A program made the position numbers and the translations under genes. Below, piece by piece: positions 9,544 through 19,233 of a stretch of DNA of 64,000 nucleotides. The notes below the pieces were generated by a model that was not told where the DNA came from, searched no databases, and saw only the letters and a list, made by a program, of their open reading frames with translations. Every line of letters begins with the position of its first letter. The stretch's first letter is position 1. Source of the stretch: a virus (taxonomy: Duplodnaviria; Caudoviricetes); IMG/VR virus record IMGVR_UViG_3300021426_000001; one strand, given 5' to 3'.

Positions 9544-10405
9544 TGTTCTTGACCTTCTCTTCGGCTGCAGCTCGAATCTCGTCGATCACAGACTTGTGCT
9601 CAAGGTTCTTAGCTTCGCGGTTGAGCTTAGCTTCATGCATAGTCTCAAAAGAAGTGTAGCTTCTTGTGACTGTTTCTGGATAGTCGAACTGAATGTCACG
9701 GACTTTCTTCTCAGCAGTAGAAGAAGTGTTAATAGAGTCGTTAGCCATGCAGCTGATCAAGTATTCGCGGTACTCGTTCAGATACTTGAGATTGAGAGGC
9801 TTGAGATGTTCGATGATCGCGTTGAGACGATCAGGACGAACGACTGTCTCGATGATGAAGTCGTAGCCAGTCCAGCGTAGCTTCGAGAACTGCGGCATCA
9901 AGAGGGTCTTGTCTGTAGTAGCGATATATGCTCTGAGATTTTCGAGAGCCTTGTAGTACTTGTCGCACCAGTCAGTGAGGTTATTGACGTCATGAATGTC
10001 AGTCATGTACTGCTTGTTGAGGTATTTCACTCGTTCGTGTGTGGTCTTGCCGTCATAGTAGCACTTTCCGAGATCGACCTGATAGAATCCAGTCTGGTCG
10101 ATGAAAGCAACCATTGCGCAGTTGTGGATGCCGATAGAGCACTCACGTTCATAGTTGCTGGAGTAGATGAAGAACTTGCTCAAGAGAGGAGTGCCGTCGA
10201 AGAGCTTAGCTTCGACCAGATCTTGGAGAATCGCCAATCCGTTGGGATTGTATCGTCTCGATGCCATGAAGGAGCAGAATCTCTGAACCTGGCCGACATC
10301 GAACATAGAGCTCTTGAGCTGACCGATAGCTCTAGATGCGAGCTCGTTCCATTCTTTTTCCTTTCTCTCTTCTTCTTTCTTTGCCTTTGACTTAAAGAAC
10401 AGCAT
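9530..10405 (-). CDS. hypothetical protein
   Basis: 291-aa ORF, GGAGG RBS. Confidence 0.7.
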   Translation of the reverse strand: MLFFKSKAKKEEERKEKEWNELASRAIGQLKSSMFDVGQVQRFCSFMASRRYNPNGLAILQDLVEAKLFDGTPLLSKFFIYSSNYERECSIGIHNCAMVAFIDQTGFYQVDLGKCYYDGKTTHERVKYLNKQYMTDIHDVNNLTDWCDKYYKALENLRAYIATTDKTLLMPQFSKLRWTGYDFIIETVVRPDRLNAIIEHLKPLNLKYLNEYREYLISCMANDSINTSSTAEKKVRDIQFDYPETVTRSYTSFETMHEAKLNREAKNLEHKSVIDEIRAAAEEKVKNNENS

Positions 10406-10818
10406 TAGTTGCCTCCCTTGATGAGTTTGATGATTGTTTCGACCGCTTCCTGATGTGGAAGCGGAGTGCGTTCAGTGACGCGACTGTTGTCTTTGAAGAC
10501 GCTTACGGAGAACTTGTCTGCGAGGAATCCGTTGTTGAGTGCTGGATCCACCATCTTGATGATCGTGATCATCCAGTCGGGCTTGATGTAGAGCGTAGCC
10601 ATCACGCAGTCAAGTCCGCATCCGACTCCGAGCTCTACCAAGCAGTCTTTGATGGGAAGAACGCATGCGTAGTCGCGAATTGTGTTGAATGCGGGTTCGA
10701 ACTTGCTCTTGTCAAGCTCTGGACGAGTGTAGAAGTTCTTTCGGAATTCGGCGTCGAGAATCTTCTTGCTCTGGTGAATGTAGGGATTAGTCTCCCTGGC
10801 TTTTGGACCTCTCTTCAT
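10405..10818 (-). CDS. hypothetical protein
   Basis: first gene after promoter, AGGAG RBS. Confidence 0.7.
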   Translation of the reverse strand: MKRGPKARETNPYIHQSKKILDAEFRKNFYTRPELDKSKFEPAFNTIRDYACVLPIKDCLVELGVGCGLDCVMATLYIKPDWMITIIKMVDPALNNGFLADKFSVSVFKDNSRVTERTPLPHQEAVETIIKLIKGGN

Positions 10819-10840
10819 TGAGTCTCCTGTTTTTGTGGAA

Positions 10841-10880
10841 AATATACAACAAATTCTGGATCTTGTAAACCCAGAATTTG
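10841..10880 (-). promoter_or_regulatory. early promoter fused with terminator hairpin
   Basis: -10 10841-10846, -35 10864-10869; stem CAAATTCTGG/CCAGAATTTG. Confidence 0.85.
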
Positions 10881-10890
10881 AACTTTTTTC

Positions 10891-11169
10891 TTATTTCCAC
10901 TCTTCAGGCTTGAATCCGTACTGCGAGAAGAACCTGTAGTAGTGCCAGCGCGCAGTCTCTAGCTCTCTAGCTTCCTCATACTGTTTCTGTGTAGAGAAAC
11001 ATGTGATCTTGCCGTCGTAGTTTAGAATGCTGCCTTGCGGATCTCTTGCGATGACATATCGATTCAGCTGCTTGTTCCATACACACGGACGAGTTGCAGA
11101 AATGATAGGGCCTTTCGCAGCAGCGATCTGTCTGAGAAAGTTGCCAGGAAGTTTTTTCAAAGTTACCAC
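10891..11169 (-). CDS. hypothetical protein
   Basis: ORF in operon. Confidence 0.6.
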   Translation of the reverse strand: MVTLKKLPGNFLRQIAAAKGPIISATRPCVWNKQLNRYVIARDPQGSILNYDGKITCFSTQKQYEEARELETARWHYYRFFSQYGFKPEEWK

Positions 11170-11351
11170 CAGAAGAACCCTCCGACTACGAGAACGGCTA
11201 CTATCATGATCACTACCGAGACTACGATAGCGAAGTCTCTGTCTGAGCCCAGGTAGCCAGATGCTGAGCTAGATGTGAGAATCCATACTCCGAGAATCAC
11301 TCCCAGAGCTATGAGAATTATCCACGGAAGAGATAGTGTTACGCTGATCAA
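11163..11351 (-). CDS. small membrane protein (2 TM)
   Basis: almost wholly hydrophobic 62 aa. Confidence 0.6.
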   Translation of the reverse strand: MISVTLSLPWIILIALGVILGVWILTSSSASGYLGSDRDFAIVVSVVIMIVAVLVVGGFFWW

Positions 11352-11680
11352 TTTATGATCTCCCTGCTGCGAGACTTTCCACGGTAGCCCTGAGGCTCGT
11401 CTTCTTGGATAGCCTGGTCGCTGAAGTTGATGAGACAGATCTGTCCCTTTCCGTTGATGAAGCAGAAGCGGTTGATTACGCTGCCGTCGTCTTGCTTCTG
11501 AAGGACGCAGTGAGTCGCGATCATCTCTTGTCCGTCAGCTCCGATTCCGACTCTCATCGAACACGGAAGCGGGAACACGAAGACATCATCGCTCTTCGGA
11601 ATGCCCTTCTTGAAGTCCTTGCAGCTCACCAGCTGGTTGACTGCTATCCTCTTGTTTTCCTTGATCTGTTTCTTTGCCAT
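11348..11680 (-). CDS. hypothetical protein
   Basis: AAGGA RBS. Confidence 0.65.
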   Translation of the reverse strand: MAKKQIKENKRIAVNQLVSCKDFKKGIPKSDDVFVFPLPCSMRVGIGADGQEMIATHCVLQKQDDGSVINRFCFINGKGQICLINFSDQAIQEDEPQGYRGKSRSREIIN

Positions 11681-11769
11681 TTGTGTTCCTTTCGTATCCG
11701 AGATCTGACATGCCGCTGAGCAAGTTCTTGAGCTCTGTCAAGATCTCTGCGTTCGCTTTTTTCTGTTTC

Positions 11770-12147
11770 TTAGTTATTCGTTGCTTTCGGCTCATAAGTC
11801 GTCTTGTCCGTCATCCCATACATCAGCTGGGTCTGCTTGATGAGATACCCGTTCTCTGCCAGCGCCTGAATGAACTGAGCGAGACAGTCCTCATCCTTGA
11901 GATAGGCGCCTTCTCTGTATGGCTCTTTGCATCTGACCTCGCCATTCTGCGCTATCATCTCTATATCATTTACAGACTTTCTCTTGTGAAAGATTATAGA
12001 GAGCTGAGCACGGTCGAAGTAGTACCGAGCCATCTCAGGCTTCTGGAAGTCTGGATAGTGCTCTTTGATTAGCTTAACTATAGTAGTCGGAGTCATTCCA
12101 TTACACCTTGATGTTAACGTGTTCAACAATGTACTTATCCATGTCAA
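11770..12147 (-). CDS. hypothetical protein
   Basis: ORF in operon; start uncertain. Confidence 0.55.
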   Translation of the reverse strand: MTWISTLLNTLTSRCNGMTPTTIVKLIKEHYPDFQKPEMARYYFDRAQLSIIFHKRKSVNDIEMIAQNGEVRCKEPYREGAYLKDEDCLAQFIQALAENGYLIKQTQLMYGMTDKTTYEPKATNN

Positions 12148-12162
12148 AATTCTGATCTCACG

Positions 12163-13221
12163 TTAGGACTTGAAAGCATCAGTTTTTCTCTCTAGATGCT
12201 CAGCGAGATAGACGCCGAGGTCATAGACGGTCACGAGGTTCTTGAAGTCCTCGATCTCGTAGGACTTCTTGTTGCCGAAGAGATTGTAAGCGTCTTTCAT
12301 GAGATTCACGAAATCACTCACCTGCATAGAGTAACGTAGAATGTACTCGGTCGTGATCAAATCTCGCTGAACATGATCGTGATAGACGAGCCAGTCAACG
12401 ATGAACTTGAAGTACGGAGTTCCGTCTGCTGGCTTCTCTTCTGTATCTTTAACATTGGTCAGAGTGTGGTTTTTGAAATACATCACAAGCCCGCCAACTG
12501 TATGCAGAAAGTCCATTATCTCATTGACGAAGGAATCACCATTTTGGCCGAACTTGGCAAATGTCGACGTCATAAGATCCAAATAGTCTGACTGCGTAAG
12601 TTCTAGCTTAGATAGCTCGGTTTTGTCGAAGTCTTTAGTGTCGAAGATGGAGATATTGCCCAATACTTTGCGACAATGTTCCTGCAGCCAAGATCTTACG
12701 AAGGCTCCGACCGAGTCATCTTCTTCAACTTCTACCTTGTCGCCGACAGCCTCTTCGTTAGCGAGATCTGGCCAGTCAGCTATGCTCTTATTGAATGTCT
12801 CCATCGGAGCAGCTCTGAGATCGGGAACTCCAGCAGCGTCCATCATTTCTTGAATATTCTGCTCTACCTCTTCGAGATCCTTCATAGGTGTACCAGCGAA
12901 GCCAGGAATAGCTTGGATCTTCTCATCAGTAACTGGAGTAGGTTCGATGTCCATGCCCTGAACTGCCGTGACTCGGGCAATTCCAGTCTTCTTTGCTAGT
13001 TCTGCCTCTTTCTTGATCTTCTCTCTGGCATCGAGTCGTTCGATGACAGCATCTGCGTGACCGAACTCACGAAAGAAGTTGAAAGCTTCTTCGAAGCCGA
13101 GCTCGAAGCCCTGCTGGAACTTAGCGTCTGGCTTGTCGCATACGGACTCCATCTTGAGAATCGCCATGCGAGTACCCATCGCGTGAATCATCGCTCTTGT
13201 GAACTGATTTTCAAAATCCAT
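12163..13221 (-). CDS. protein with two degenerate acyl-carrier-protein-like repeats
   Basis: aa171-252 and aa270-343 share W-L...SD(Y/F)xxLM...FG...TVxxLxxY pattern resembling ACP helices 2-4. Confidence 0.5.
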   Translation of the reverse strand: MDFENQFTRAMIHAMGTRMAILKMESVCDKPDAKFQQGFELGFEEAFNFFREFGHADAVIERLDAREKIKKEAELAKKTGIARVTAVQGMDIEPTPVTDEKIQAIPGFAGTPMKDLEEVEQNIQEMMDAAGVPDLRAAPMETFNKSIADWPDLANEEAVGDKVEVEEDDSVGAFVRSWLQEHCRKVLGNISIFDTKDFDKTELSKLELTQSDYLDLMTSTFAKFGQNGDSFVNEIMDFLHTVGGLVMYFKNHTLTNVKDTEEKPADGTPYFKFIVDWLVYHDHVQRDLITTEYILRYSMQVSDFVNLMKDAYNLFGNKKSYEIEDFKNLVTVYDLGVYLAEHLERKTDAFKS

Positions 13222-13634
13222 TACTTGTTCTCTCCGTTCTTGAGTTCGTCAATGACTCGCTGGCACTCTTCCTTAGCCACTTCTTCGCCCATCTTGCGGA
13301 GAAGTTCGTCGCCAGGGTTGTCTTCCTTCGGCTGGTCTGGAGTAATGGTCAGATAGACCTTGTTTACTGCGACGCCAGAGTTGAAGATTGCGTCAACGAT
13401 CTTGCGGAGGTGATCTTCGTCGGTGATGTCTGTCGTGGTCATGAAGCGCTTGTAGTGCATTCTGCCTCCCTCTTCAAGACAGAGCCACTCTTCAGTCCAC
13501 GGACCAGAGCTGCCAGTGCCGAATGTGATGCCCACGCTCGAGATCTTGTCAGTGAAATCTCTCACTCGTTCGAAGTCGATCTTGATGAGCGGGAACTTCT
13601 CGATTACGATGTTCAAAAATTCCTTTGGATTCAT
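13221..13634 (-). CDS. hypothetical protein
   Basis: first gene after promoter, GAGGA RBS. Confidence 0.7.
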   Translation of the reverse strand: MNPKEFLNIVIEKFPLIKIDFERVRDFTDKISSVGITFGTGSSGPWTEEWLCLEEGGRMHYKRFMTTTDITDEDHLRKIVDAIFNSGVAVNKVYLTITPDQPKEDNPGDELLRKMGEEVAKEECQRVIDELKNGENK

Positions 13635-13656
13635 CTATTCCTCTTTGTTTTTATAA

Positions 13657-13693
13657 AATATAGGAAAAGCGCACAGCTTCGTAAACCGTGCGC
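13657..13693 (-). promoter_or_regulatory. early promoter TTTACG-N17-TATATT with hairpin
   Basis: stem GCGCAC/GTGCGC around -35. Confidence 0.75.
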
Positions 13694-13719
13694 ATCAATT
13701 ATTTCAGAAAGTTTACAAA

Positions 13720-14028
13720 TCAGTTGTCGTCAGTAGTTTGACGCTGATCATCTGGAAGGACGTACTTCGTCTTCAGGGTGTCTGCTCCGAAATCTACTAT
13801 TGGAATCTGGCATCCATAGAGGGCAACGATAGAGTCTTTGTGCCTCTCTCCGAACCTCTCTAAGTCTTTCCAGAGGTCTTCGTTGCCGATCTTCTTCTCT
13901 GGCTCTATCTTAGACGGCTCGATCTTGACTGGTCCCAAGCACTTATCTAATGCTCCACTCTTGACTATCTGATCGAACTCTTCTGGTGAGCCCTCGAACT
14001 CGAACATTCCGCACTTGATCTTCATCAT
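13720..14028 (-). CDS. hypothetical protein
   Basis: FEGSPEEF motif; GGAGG RBS. Confidence 0.6.
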   Translation of the reverse strand: MMKIKCGMFEFEGSPEEFDQIVKSGALDKCLGPVKIEPSKIEPEKKIGNEDLWKDLERFGERHKDSIVALYGCQIPIVDFGADTLKTKYVLPDDQRQTTDDN

Positions 14029-14357
14029 TCCTCCGTAGATTCGAACTCGAACTCGATGCCGAGAGCCGTGAAATTTTCTGGATCGATCTTCAGAGCCATC
14101 TTAGAAGTCTTGAAGCAGTTTTTGCTCAGGATCTTGTTCATCTCGTTGCGGAACTTAGCAGCTCTCATGTCTGCTTCACGGTCTCTGCTTCCGAAGAGGA
14201 ACTCCCCGTGCTTAGTTACGAACTGGATGATGGCTGGATCGACGTTCTCTCTGAAGCGCGTGATCTGCCTGGACTGGCCGATAGTGCCCTCAGAGTCATC
14301 TATGATCTGTCCGTGCCATACGTGATTCCCGTCTACTGACAGTAAGTACTTAACCAT
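14025..14357 (-). CDS. hypothetical protein
   Basis: ORF in operon. Confidence 0.65.
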   Translation of the reverse strand: MVKYLLSVDGNHVWHGQIIDDSEGTIGQSRQITRFRENVDPAIIQFVTKHGEFLFGSRDREADMRAAKFRNEMNKILSKNCFKTSKMALKIDPENFTALGIEFEFESTEE

Positions 14358-14901
14358 TCTTTCTCTCCTTTCGTGCTTGCTCCACGATGTCGGGCTTTGC
14401 GATCTTCAGGCATTCTCCGATGAAGTTAGAAGTCTTGATGTCGAGCTTGTTCAGATACTCGATAACCTCGCTCTCCTTCATGATCTGGATGCACGCTTCT
14501 TCGTGAACCTCTGTGTTGCTGTCGCTAGACATGCTTACGTAGGCGCTCTTGCTTTCCTCTTCGTCCTGTTCGATAGAGATCATCTTCGAGTACTTGATTG
14601 CAAACTTCTCTCTGTGCGTGAAGATGTCAGTGCACTTAAGAATTCGGAAAGTCTCGAAGGTCGGATTCTTAGTGTCAGTCTCGTGAACCCAGAGTCCGTT
14701 GATCTTGAGCCACTTTCCAGTGTAGCGCTCTTTCACCATCTCGTTGCAAGCGTTGTACAGCTTATATCTCTCCTCACTGATCTTCTTGTCGATCTTTGAA
14801 CGGACTTTCTCAAGACGCTTGATAGACTTGAGACAGTTGTTGCATATCTGCTTGTCTGTGAGCTTCTTCTTGGTAGGCTTGGTAGTTTTCGAATTCTTCA
14901 T
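14350..14901 (-). CDS. hypothetical protein
   Basis: AGGAG RBS. Confidence 0.7.
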   Translation of the reverse strand: MKNSKTTKPTKKKLTDKQICNNCLKSIKRLEKVRSKIDKKISEERYKLYNACNEMVKERYTGKWLKINGLWVHETDTKNPTFETFRILKCTDIFTHREKFAIKYSKMISIEQDEEESKSAYVSMSSDSNTEVHEEACIQIMKESEVIEYLNKLDIKTSNFIGECLKIAKPDIVEQARKERKNG

Positions 14902-14954
14902 TTTGTTCTCCTAGTAGGATGCTGACTTCTTCTGGCTGAAGCTTAGCGAGCCAG

Positions 14955-15491
14955 TCAATTAGGCTTCTCGGACTCGTCGGATTCATTCTCGGATCCTCTG
15001 ACTGCCTTCCAGAACGAGTGCTGCATCTGCTCGAATGCGTAGTTGAACTCTCCGATTGCGCCAGACACGTCGTCATCGCTCAAGCTGAAGATGTCTTCCT
15101 TTGGAATTCTCAGCTGGTTCGTGTGATAGATCTTCGCAGTGATCTTGTCAAGGTTGCTGTCAGCGATGTGGTCCGCTACGTCTCGATATGTAGTGTCTCT
15201 GAACAGATCGAACACAGTGCCCTGCACCACGATCTCGTTGCCATACTCACGTACAACATTCTCTATGAAGACGATCTCCATGTCTTCCTCACGCTCACGC
15301 TTGTTGAGAGGACTCAATCCGCAATCCCAGAGTCGGACATGAACGATCTTGCCCTTGTACTGCTTGTTGAGCTCTTCTAGAGCGCCAGACTCTTGCCTGT
15401 TGCGGTACTCGTGTAGCTCTTTGTCTTTCTGGAGATACTGCTGGTACAGATCATCTCTCTCTTTTCTCAGTTGTGCTTCTTTCTCAGTCAT
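14955..15491 (-). CDS. hypothetical protein
   Basis: start moved to MTEKEAQ. Confidence 0.65.
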   Translation of the reverse strand: MTEKEAQLRKERDDLYQQYLQKDKELHEYRNRQESGALEELNKQYKGKIVHVRLWDCGLSPLNKREREEDMEIVFIENVVREYGNEIVVQGTVFDLFRDTTYRDVADHIADSNLDKITAKIYHTNQLRIPKEDIFSLSDDDVSGAIGEFNYAFEQMQHSFWKAVRGSENESDESEKPN

Positions 15492-15876
15492 GTGGTCTTT
15501 CTCCGTGTGCGAACTGGTCGAGGTACTTGACCAGCTTCTCGTCTCCGAGGTAGTTCGATTCTGGAATGCATCCAAGGAAGTTGACTAGCAGCTGACCGAA
15601 TCGCCAGTCAGGGAAGAACTCTCTGTGAAGATCTCGGAACTTGTCGTAAGTGTCAGACTTGAAGTTAACATTTCCGTCCCACTCTGGCTGCGTGCGTCCC
15701 TTAGCCCACTTTTCGACAGCTTTGAGATACTCGTCTTCTTCAGGGAAGAACGGATCTCGATTGTACTGCTTCAGGAAGTCATAGTTGAACTTCTCAAAGG
15801 TGAGATCTGGACAGTAAGTTGACTGGATCTTCTGGAGTTCCGAGTAGAATTTGTAGAGGCGATCTGGGTCACGCAT
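15484..15876 (-). CDS. hypothetical protein with internal duplication (PDWRFGQL-type domain)
   Basis: PDLTFEKF...DEYLK and PDWRFGQL...DEKLV halves. Confidence 0.65.
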   Translation of the reverse strand: MRDPDRLYKFYSELQKIQSTYCPDLTFEKFNYDFLKQYNRDPFFPEEDEYLKAVEKWAKGRTQPEWDGNVNFKSDTYDKFRDLHREFFPDWRFGQLLVNFLGCIPESNYLGDEKLVKYLDQFAHGERPHD

Positions 15877-15878
15877 TG

Positions 15879-16391
15879 TCATTCTCCATACTGCTTGTTC
15901 TGCTTTGCTTTTTCACGGTTGAGAGATTCGAAGTGGATCACGTCCCAGCCGATAGAGCCGTCAAGCCAGTCTTGATAGTTGTATTCCCATGTCTGGTACT
16001 GTTCGTAGGAGAAGTCGAGAGCCCTGATCAATAGCTTCTTGTCCTTCTTCCACTGGTGAAGGTTGTACATGTAGCCATCGCCATTTCCGTAGATGTAGCT
16101 CACAGTGTCAAACGGCTTACAGTGAATTCCAGAACAGTTGAGACGAACCTCAACATGTCGTGCGAACTCTACGACTAGTGGAACGACTGTATCTTGGAAC
16201 GGACCAAAGCCTAGACGGATGAACCATCTGTCGTCAGTCTTTTCTGGATAGTACGGGTTGTAGTAGTCTTTAGTTTTCAGATTGTCTTCTTTGTGAAGGT
16301 CGAAACGGAGCTTGTAAGTGTTGATGAGATCACAGACTTCTCGGTAAATGTCTTCGCCTGAGATCTTGCGGAAACGGTCAAAAATTCCCAT
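15879..16391 (-). CDS. hypothetical protein
   Basis: first gene after promoter. Confidence 0.7.
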   Translation of the reverse strand: MGIFDRFRKISGEDIYREVCDLINTYKLRFDLHKEDNLKTKDYYNPYYPEKTDDRWFIRLGFGPFQDTVVPLVVEFARHVEVRLNCSGIHCKPFDTVSYIYGNGDGYMYNLHQWKKDKKLLIRALDFSYEQYQTWEYNYQDWLDGSIGWDVIHFESLNREKAKQNKQYGE

Positions 16392-16420
16392 TTTCAGTTC
16401 CTTTGTGTAAGTTTGATGTA

Positions 16421-16460
16421 AAAATAAGAAATTCCGTCCGAGTTGTAAACCCAGACGGAA
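16421..16460 (-). promoter_or_regulatory. early promoter with hairpin
   Basis: TTTACA-N17-TATTTT; stem TTCCGTC/GACGGAA. Confidence 0.75.
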
Positions 16461-16466
16461 GAGTTT

Positions 16467-17027
16467 TTAGAATCCGTGGCCCTCGAAACACTCGAGCCAC
16501 TCTTGGTTGTCTGGATCTTTTGCAGTCTCCTCGCTGACTTCGAGGTTGCCGAGCCATTCTCTCAACATATCTTCAGTCGGAGGATTGTCGAATCCGAACT
16601 TGTCGAAGTCGTAGCAGCGGTCCACGTCTTCCTTGAGGTCTCCGTTGACAAAAGACAGCAACTTGTCGCAGAGGAGATCGAAGTGATAGCAGTCCTTGAG
16701 CTTGATGTTCATCTTCGGATCTGGCTGGTAGTCCATACGTGCTGGATCCCTGTAGTCGAACGGGAGTAGATCTTCGTTCGTTACGAAGTAACCCCAAGAC
16801 ATCGTGTCGTTGAACCTGTTACCGCTAGACTCGTAGCAGCAGCGAGTGTAGTGGCCTTCCCAGAAGAACACGCGATTCACGAGTGGCTGTTCCTGCTTCG
16901 CTTTGATCTTGTCCTGTTCCTGTTTCACGTAGCGAGGCTGGCACCATTCGCCGCATTCCTCGTAGAGTCCCTTCTCTTTTAAGAAGGCGATGAGATTTTC
17001 TTTAGTTAGTGCTTGTTCAGAGAACAT
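16467..17027 (-). CDS. hypothetical protein
   Basis: 186-aa ORF, AAGGA RBS. Confidence 0.7.
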   Translation of the reverse strand: MFSEQALTKENLIAFLKEKGLYEECGEWCQPRYVKQEQDKIKAKQEQPLVNRVFFWEGHYTRCCYESSGNRFNDTMSWGYFVTNEDLLPFDYRDPARMDYQPDPKMNIKLKDCYHFDLLCDKLLSFVNGDLKEDVDRCYDFDKFGFDNPPTEDMLREWLGNLEVSEETAKDPDNQEWLECFEGHGF

Positions 17028-17039
17028 TTTGAGTTTCCT

Positions 17040-18338
17040 TTAGATAGAGTAGTTCGGGTTCTTCACTTTGAATGACACGTTGTAGTCGTCTCTGAGACGG
17101 AGAACGAAGCCCTCACGCTTGTGAGACAAGTTCTTTCCGAAGCAGGTGTTCTTGTCGGACTGCTGGAGCATGATGTCCACGCCAGTGACCTTGACGCCCT
17201 TGTCGTTGATCATCTCGCCAGGCAGCTTGTAGTGCTCGTCGAGAACTGGAACGAACTTCAGATCGTGCTCAGCAGCGAACTTGACAGACTGCTCGTAGTT
17301 GAGCTTGTTCCATCTGACCTTCCACTTCTTGCCGTTCGTGGTGTCGAGGTACTTCTCCTTCCAGTAGAAGTCGAAGAAGATTACATCCGTCTCGTCCAGC
17401 TTGTATATGTTCCCCTGGATGCCCGGACCCACGTGCTCGCCACGGCAGAACCACTCGCCCGGAATAGCCTCGATCTTCTTGTCTAGACCGAGTCTCTTCA
17501 CAGTGTCCCAGAAGTTCTTGCCAGTCCCCTTCGGGTTGAGCTCACGGGTGCGAGAGCAGACGCCGACGTGCTTCTTCTTGCGTCCGAAGATCCCTTTCTT
17601 CTTCATCTCTGTGAAGATGGTGATGTTCTGACCCTCGAGCTTCTCGGTAGCTACCCACTCTCTGTCCTTGTACTGCTCGTACATTCTCGTGTAGAGCTTC
17701 TGGACGTTCTCTTCGTCAGACTTGCCAGGGTGAGTCGGATCCCATGTTTCTGAGATGTGACGAGACTTTCTGAGGTTTCTGAACCACTTGAATCTCATCA
17801 GGAATCGGAGAATGAAGCCGTCTCTCGAGGTGTCAAGCTTCTGAGCTGCGAGACCAGCCTCCTCTTCGTCCTCGACCATCTCCCTTATCTCGAACTGAGC
17901 AGTGAAGTCCTGACCGAGCTTATACTTAGTCAGACCGACGTCCTCGGGCTTGAATAGAATGCCCTGAGAGATAACGCCGAACTTGCTTAGCTTCATAGAC
18001 TTGATCTTGAACTTCTTTCCGCGCAAGAACTCGAAGTACGGGTACTTGTGCATGTCCATAATCGTCTTGACAGCAGCGTGGATAGACTCCTCAGACCAAG
18101 AAGCATATTCGCCGTCGTGCTGAGAGAGCTTGACGAGCTTGTCTGCTAGATCTGGAGTCAGTCCGTCAGGCAGAACAGAGTCTACCTCGACATAGAGACC
18201 GAGATCTCCAGGCTTGAACTCGTTCTTCTTCACGACTACAGTGTAGTCCATGACGGATGCGAGTTCGATTCTGTCGGCGCCAGGAATCTCCCTGATCTCG
18301 CCGATCTTTACGATGTAAGCTAATGGCTTTCCATACAT
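17040..18338 (-). CDS. RNA ligase, Rnl2/DRB0094-like family with N-terminal OB-like domain
   Basis: IPGADRIELA...EVDSVLP N-terminus; TEKLEG, GEHVGPGIQGN, EGFV, SFKVK nucleotidyltransferase motifs. Confidence 0.85.
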   Translation of the reverse strand: MYGKPLAYIVKIGEIREIPGADRIELASVMDYTVVVKKNEFKPGDLGLYVEVDSVLPDGLTPDLADKLVKLSQHDGEYASWSEESIHAAVKTIMDMHKYPYFEFLRGKKFKIKSMKLSKFGVISQGILFKPEDVGLTKYKLGQDFTAQFEIREMVEDEEEAGLAAQKLDTSRDGFILRFLMRFKWFRNLRKSRHISETWDPTHPGKSDEENVQKLYTRMYEQYKDREWVATEKLEGQNITIFTEMKKKGIFGRKKKHVGVCSRTRELNPKGTGKNFWDTVKRLGLDKKIEAIPGEWFCRGEHVGPGIQGNIYKLDETDVIFFDFYWKEKYLDTTNGKKWKVRWNKLNYEQSVKFAAEHDLKFVPVLDEHYKLPGEMINDKGVKVTGVDIMLQQSDKNTCFGKNLSHKREGFVLRLRDDYNVSFKVKNPNYSI

Positions 18339-18341
18339 AGT

Positions 18342-18623
18342 TTATCTTTCCTCTACTAGTTCTAGTTTAGATGTGTAAGTCAAAAGTCTGATCTTGTCGC
18401 AGCCTTTCTTCTCTGTTTTGATTCTCTTCTCAGCCCAGGACTTCATGCTGTAGTGTGTGCCCTCGTGAGGACTGTCCTTCCACTTGTAGCCCTTTCCAGA
18501 GCAATAGTACTTGACCTTGTCGCCATAACCCTTCGGTGTAGCTTCGATCACGTAGAATGTGAATCCGTTTCTCTCAGCCATCAGTGGCACTCCATCCTTT
18601 CGATTATCCAGTTGTTCACTCAT
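18342..18623 (-). CDS. hypothetical protein
   Basis: Y.xSxKGY..W.D....TH shared with 1052..1327. Confidence 0.6.
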   Translation of the reverse strand: MSEQLDNRKDGVPLMAERNGFTFYVIEATPKGYGDKVKYYCSGKGYKWKDSPHEGTHYSMKSWAEKRIKTEKKGCDKIRLLTYTSKLELVEER

Positions 18624-19095
18624 TTGGCTTTCCCACCTCTATTGTCAGTAGACAGTGCTCTTTCTTAGTCTTAGACGACTGTCTCTGAAGCTCGTTGTAC
18701 TTGTCGGGAATTCCGAGCTTAGTCTGAACTTCCCTCTCGATCCACGGCATCACGTAGGATTCTCCATTGATGACGATGTATGCGATGTCTCTTCTCATTC
18801 TGAGCTCGTTGATGGCCTCGCAGCCGTCATCCCAGACAGTTACATCTCCATCTACCGTTCTAGGCGTGTGAGAGAAGCACTTGACTTCCTCCAGATCGAC
18901 CGTCATGGTGAAGAACTTGACTTTGTGACCGTGCAGGAGATCCTTTCTGTTCGGATCGAATGAGAAGGTCTCGCCATCTGTCTCGAACCAGAGATTCTTG
19001 ATAGCCCAGTAGTCTACCTTGACGGTGACCGGGTCATTGAAGACGATCTCGATGTGCTGGTCGTGGATCTCGATAGTCTTCATTCTTAGCTCCAC
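18616..19095 (-). CDS. hypothetical protein
   Basis: ORF in operon. Confidence 0.65.
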   Translation of the reverse strand: MELRMKTIEIHDQHIEIVFNDPVTVKVDYWAIKNLWFETDGETFSFDPNRKDLLHGHKVKFFTMTVDLEEVKCFSHTPRTVDGDVTVWDDGCEAINELRMRRDIAYIVINGESYVMPWIEREVQTKLGIPDKYNELQRQSSKTKKEHCLLTIEVGKPNE

Positions 19096-19233
19096 ATCAG
19101 CTCGTTCATCTTGTTGAACACAGCTTCGACTGACTGTCCCTTAGCCCACTCTAGCGATGCACGGTCCTGCGTGAAGTTTCTCACTTGCTGGCTCATCATC
19201 ATGAGCTGCTCTGGCACTAGAAAGTCTCCATCT

